This document shows positions 27,001-27,827 of a DNA stretch of 27,827 nt, one piece after another (position 1 is the first letter of the stretch; the number at the start of each line of letters is the position of its first letter). The stretch spans positions 1-27,827 of the forward strand of contig WAPT01000026.1 of the NCBI GenBank assembly GCA_015520605.1. The letters run 5' to 3'. The DNA comes from Nanobdellati archaeon (GTDB taxonomy: Archaea; EX4484-52; WAPT01). The translations under genes were made by a program, and so were the position numbers. The notes beneath the pieces are model-generated. The model did no database searches. It was given only the letters and a program-made list of their open reading frames with translations, and was not told the origin of the DNA.

Positions 27001-27827
27001 TAGTATAAAGCTGTTTCATTCTCTACATGAATCGTTATCGTTTTGTTTCCACCCTCCTGCTCGCAGCCGTACACCGCAGGGCCGAATGTGAAGTTTACGG
27101 TACAGTTTCCAAGGCCTGAGCACGTTTTTGTAATGCTTCCTACCCTCACAGTAAAGTTTCCGTAGAGTTGCTGAGCTGATGTCGCGTTGATGTAGTTGCC
27201 AACAGTGATATGGTACAGAGAGCACCCAGCAACGGTAACGAAATCCGGGACAAATATGTAAGTTTTTGTTAGGTTGGCAGGCCATCTAACCTTCAGAACT
27301 GTCTGGTTCTCTCCATAAATTTCCCGAGCATCCGTCAGATTGACTTTCAGAATGTAATCTCCCGCTTGAGATGGAGCCGTGAAGGTGTAGTTGTAGAAGC
27401 CGGAGGAGTTTGTTTGAGTTGTGTTCAGTAATTGTCCGTTCAGCCAGATTGAAATTGAATTGTTTGCTACCGGAGAATTATCAGGCTGTAGTAAAGCCTG
27501 GCCCTGGATTGTTATTGTCTGGTTTGGATTGACAAGGTATTTATCCAGGTTAAGTGAGACTGAAATGTTCTGAATGGCGAACCAGGTTTTTCTCGGGGGA
27601 ATTTCCTGGGTTATGGTTGATCCGTTGCTTAAGGTTGAGTTTGCATAGAAGGTTACGGTGTAGTTGCCGAGCATGTTGTTGAATTCTTTGGTTATGTTGA
27701 GGATTGTGTACCATAAACCTGTTTCTGATTTTGAGGTTGTGTTCTGCAGGAAGTATGTGTGGTTTGTTCCGTTTGGATCCGTGATGGTTATCCACACTTC
27801 GTCTATCGGGTTGTCTATGTTTCTGTA
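21066..27827 (-). CDS. Giant single-pass membrane protein: repeat-rich ectodomain + TM + HerA/FtsK-like (DUF87-type) ATPase + coiled coil; 5'-truncated
   Basis: Frame open to the window edge (>2250 aa). Repeated N-T-G-N beta-sandwich-like modules, CGNGVC repeats, Gly linker, TM 22497-22553, Walker A GATGSGKT 22311-22334, Walker B LIFDE 21939-21953, REFRKWGLGLILISQ. Confidence 0.9.
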   Translation of the reverse strand, partial: YRNIDNPIDEVWITITDPNGTNHTYFLQNTTSKSETGLWYTILNITKEFNNMLGNYTVTFYANSTLSNGSTITQEIPPRKTWFAIQNISVSLNLDKYLVNPNQTITIQGQALLQPDNSPVANNSISIWLNGQLLNTTQTNSSGFYNYTFTAPSQAGDYILKVNLTDAREIYGENQTVLKVRWPANLTKTYIFVPDFVTVAGCSLYHITVGNYINATSAQQLYGNFTVRVGSITKTCSGLGNCTVNFTFGPAVYGCEQEGGNKTITIHVENETALYYPRDDVTSFYFEESSTSATAFAPDMVIYNVTNTENKTVQFNITINNTGRATMHNITLWRYSGPFNIINTTSIPDIPPETAINITFNMTIPAGTPPGTYKQVYNMSWIDNDGTSRLVYSNQQVITVVGNPQITTNIDNITTTMEHGTQKTYIMVINNTGNAELYGVWINYTPINLPASSITIQPSYFDVIYPGGSGQSAVTITLPAGFPPGTYAGWINITANLGRLDERRKVIPINVTVPVNTTYSIRVFYPNGTSTNVLNITFPLNQNGTAGLIELRNTGNVPLNFTVSYLDILGYANPTTQVPPLMILNKQAGNATYNPTYVYLAPQEAKNLTLYQEGSYVSATYATNITIFNDTAVPQQRNVELYLHYKDMPPFISDVTYKDIVEINTDQVVTAYFDDDQDELAIVKLNITLPDGSNESIICAQGNPIPDGTYSCVYSPAVRGTYRALLIACDTGNKCNQYGFTFQALDATTMAIAVNETYVKVENVTSYRGKVVYVEVNITNTGYVNAYNVNVTADVPAGTAWNISKCNYAQLLPNQTESCLLLINISAGTPPATYIIKPYVEWVNPNPALLDKVFADSIYINVTPTVELNISEMLESVVVEHNSTGYAWFVISSVGNAPAENISFACAYQPDICPYISFVPSTLTSLYPKNSSNITVVISLPAGFAYGAYFPVIRACSETTCVEKSLQVTVPESPAWATNLSSISISAVANISGNLSMLVSNLGNTQLKFYYSLAGNISTVLSLNQTSSLLDPQEKTELLLEYGNIPVASHYEGNLTIQEIDYNSLMIIPITMDVYEARLNILSPTTSNPYTDLLANDTITINVSFTLADTPIDNNVTLHAYADSEECPCNYTYQGGYWIMTCTLPPLKDGRWHDLSVVGTYHTYGFTVRALQDNALYYRDITPPEIISTNETIKNGVLNMQVFADDNVNVTSVQATIIDPLLHNTTVMFGWDPASGSWNASFNLTVNGDYKLTYTVWDSTENSVSKTVWVRYTPGVNVNLSTSTSMNVSFKKSNTNYVFNRINVTGNKIVNMRTGPYDLDVYIGLENISVKNINISKNNTLMSFSELNPKLIPMSGVRIKHRALMYSISAPFKNMTVIFNVLPYLDEISDLSHLMVYKCSNYSVSNGICYSNFTSILPHYDYRKARVIVTLNDSDPLLVLGEPEESETYAVCGNGVCEYGESPYNCPQDCGTCGNGVCDAGENYKTCPADCPAPISTRVGGSGGGGGTFVQKINEDELVNKIVERLGKSNFMVRTQEIDITTYPGEKVMKNVYLFNMLDRDAEFSATVYGDIALISRIYQSTITVDPKSEGAFILIFDIPKNAGSKTYSGVMRIFGENQSTAIPITVKVLPKPEELMDMKINLLQSSVDPGDRLKVQVELFNLGKTNRVDTNVTIALVDPDTLKTITAVRETMAVETSLTKILALQIPKNIEKKRYIVRATAEYISASYPLKATALQYVTVGVPFLERKTLLGLKVKELIVLLQTFGIMAGLYYLYWQRRKQRTKKKLDIPVDIHHIPRPTTSTLFIGNIANKGIRAFIHPDHLSTHVMVAGATGSGKTVSAMVIAEELLLKGKNVIVFDPTAQWTGFLRKCKEDFMLKKYKEFGMKKEDARGFPGKIKVVEDAYEKIDIKDLLSQRGRITVFVINRLSHKEIEDFVVNFIRSIFEARLEESHKLNTVLIFDEVHRLLPKFGGSGKGFLAIEKATREFRKWGLGLILISQVLSDFVGEIRANIGMEIQFRTRYENDLERIRLKYGDIYVSNVVKAGVGMGMLVFSEYNRGRPYFIEFRPLLHQVTRLSDAELDKYVAYDKKLERIRKLVKVMKAKGIDVFELETELKLADSKLAQGKFEVVDIYLSSLEKNAVEKAKRYGINLKALKKERISAEELEKFIGKARTETAEELATYLSNLYEEMKDKITDLKARNIDVFDIEMELETLEPKIKMAKLENNIKELRKLKERIEKLKNALSMVEEHA
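23355..23474 (-). repeat. Tandem Cys-rich peptide repeat (2x CGNGVC-x8-CPxDC)
   Basis: CGNGVCEYGESPYNCPQDC-GT-CGNGVCDAGENYKTCPADC in the translation. Confidence 0.85.

Overview
Archaeal genomic window. Archaeal-type AlaRS, a class I CCA enzyme, a BHB tRNA intron, class III signal peptides and Lys/Glu-rich proteins support this; a DPANN-like lineage is my inference. Left (1-6.2 kb): a five-gene operon of type IV pilin-like proteins flanked by coiled-coil genes. Middle (6.9-19.9 kb): a tRNA-centred housekeeping block with tRNA-Cys, an amino acid permease, cca, an orphan gene plus solo Cas4-like nuclease, alaS, hisS, rnz, ppaC, pdaD and an intron-containing tRNA-Met(CAT). Right (19.9-27.8 kb): a giant (>2250 aa, start outside the window) single-pass membrane protein joining a sequon-rich, repeat-built ectodomain to a cytoplasmic HerA/FtsK-like ATPase, coupled to a coiled-coil gene. 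The two best leads are this adhesin-ATPase fusion system and a box C/D RNA inside the tRNA-Met intron that also carries an antisense element positioned to target its own wobble C34. No database searches were run; family calls come from recognised motifs.
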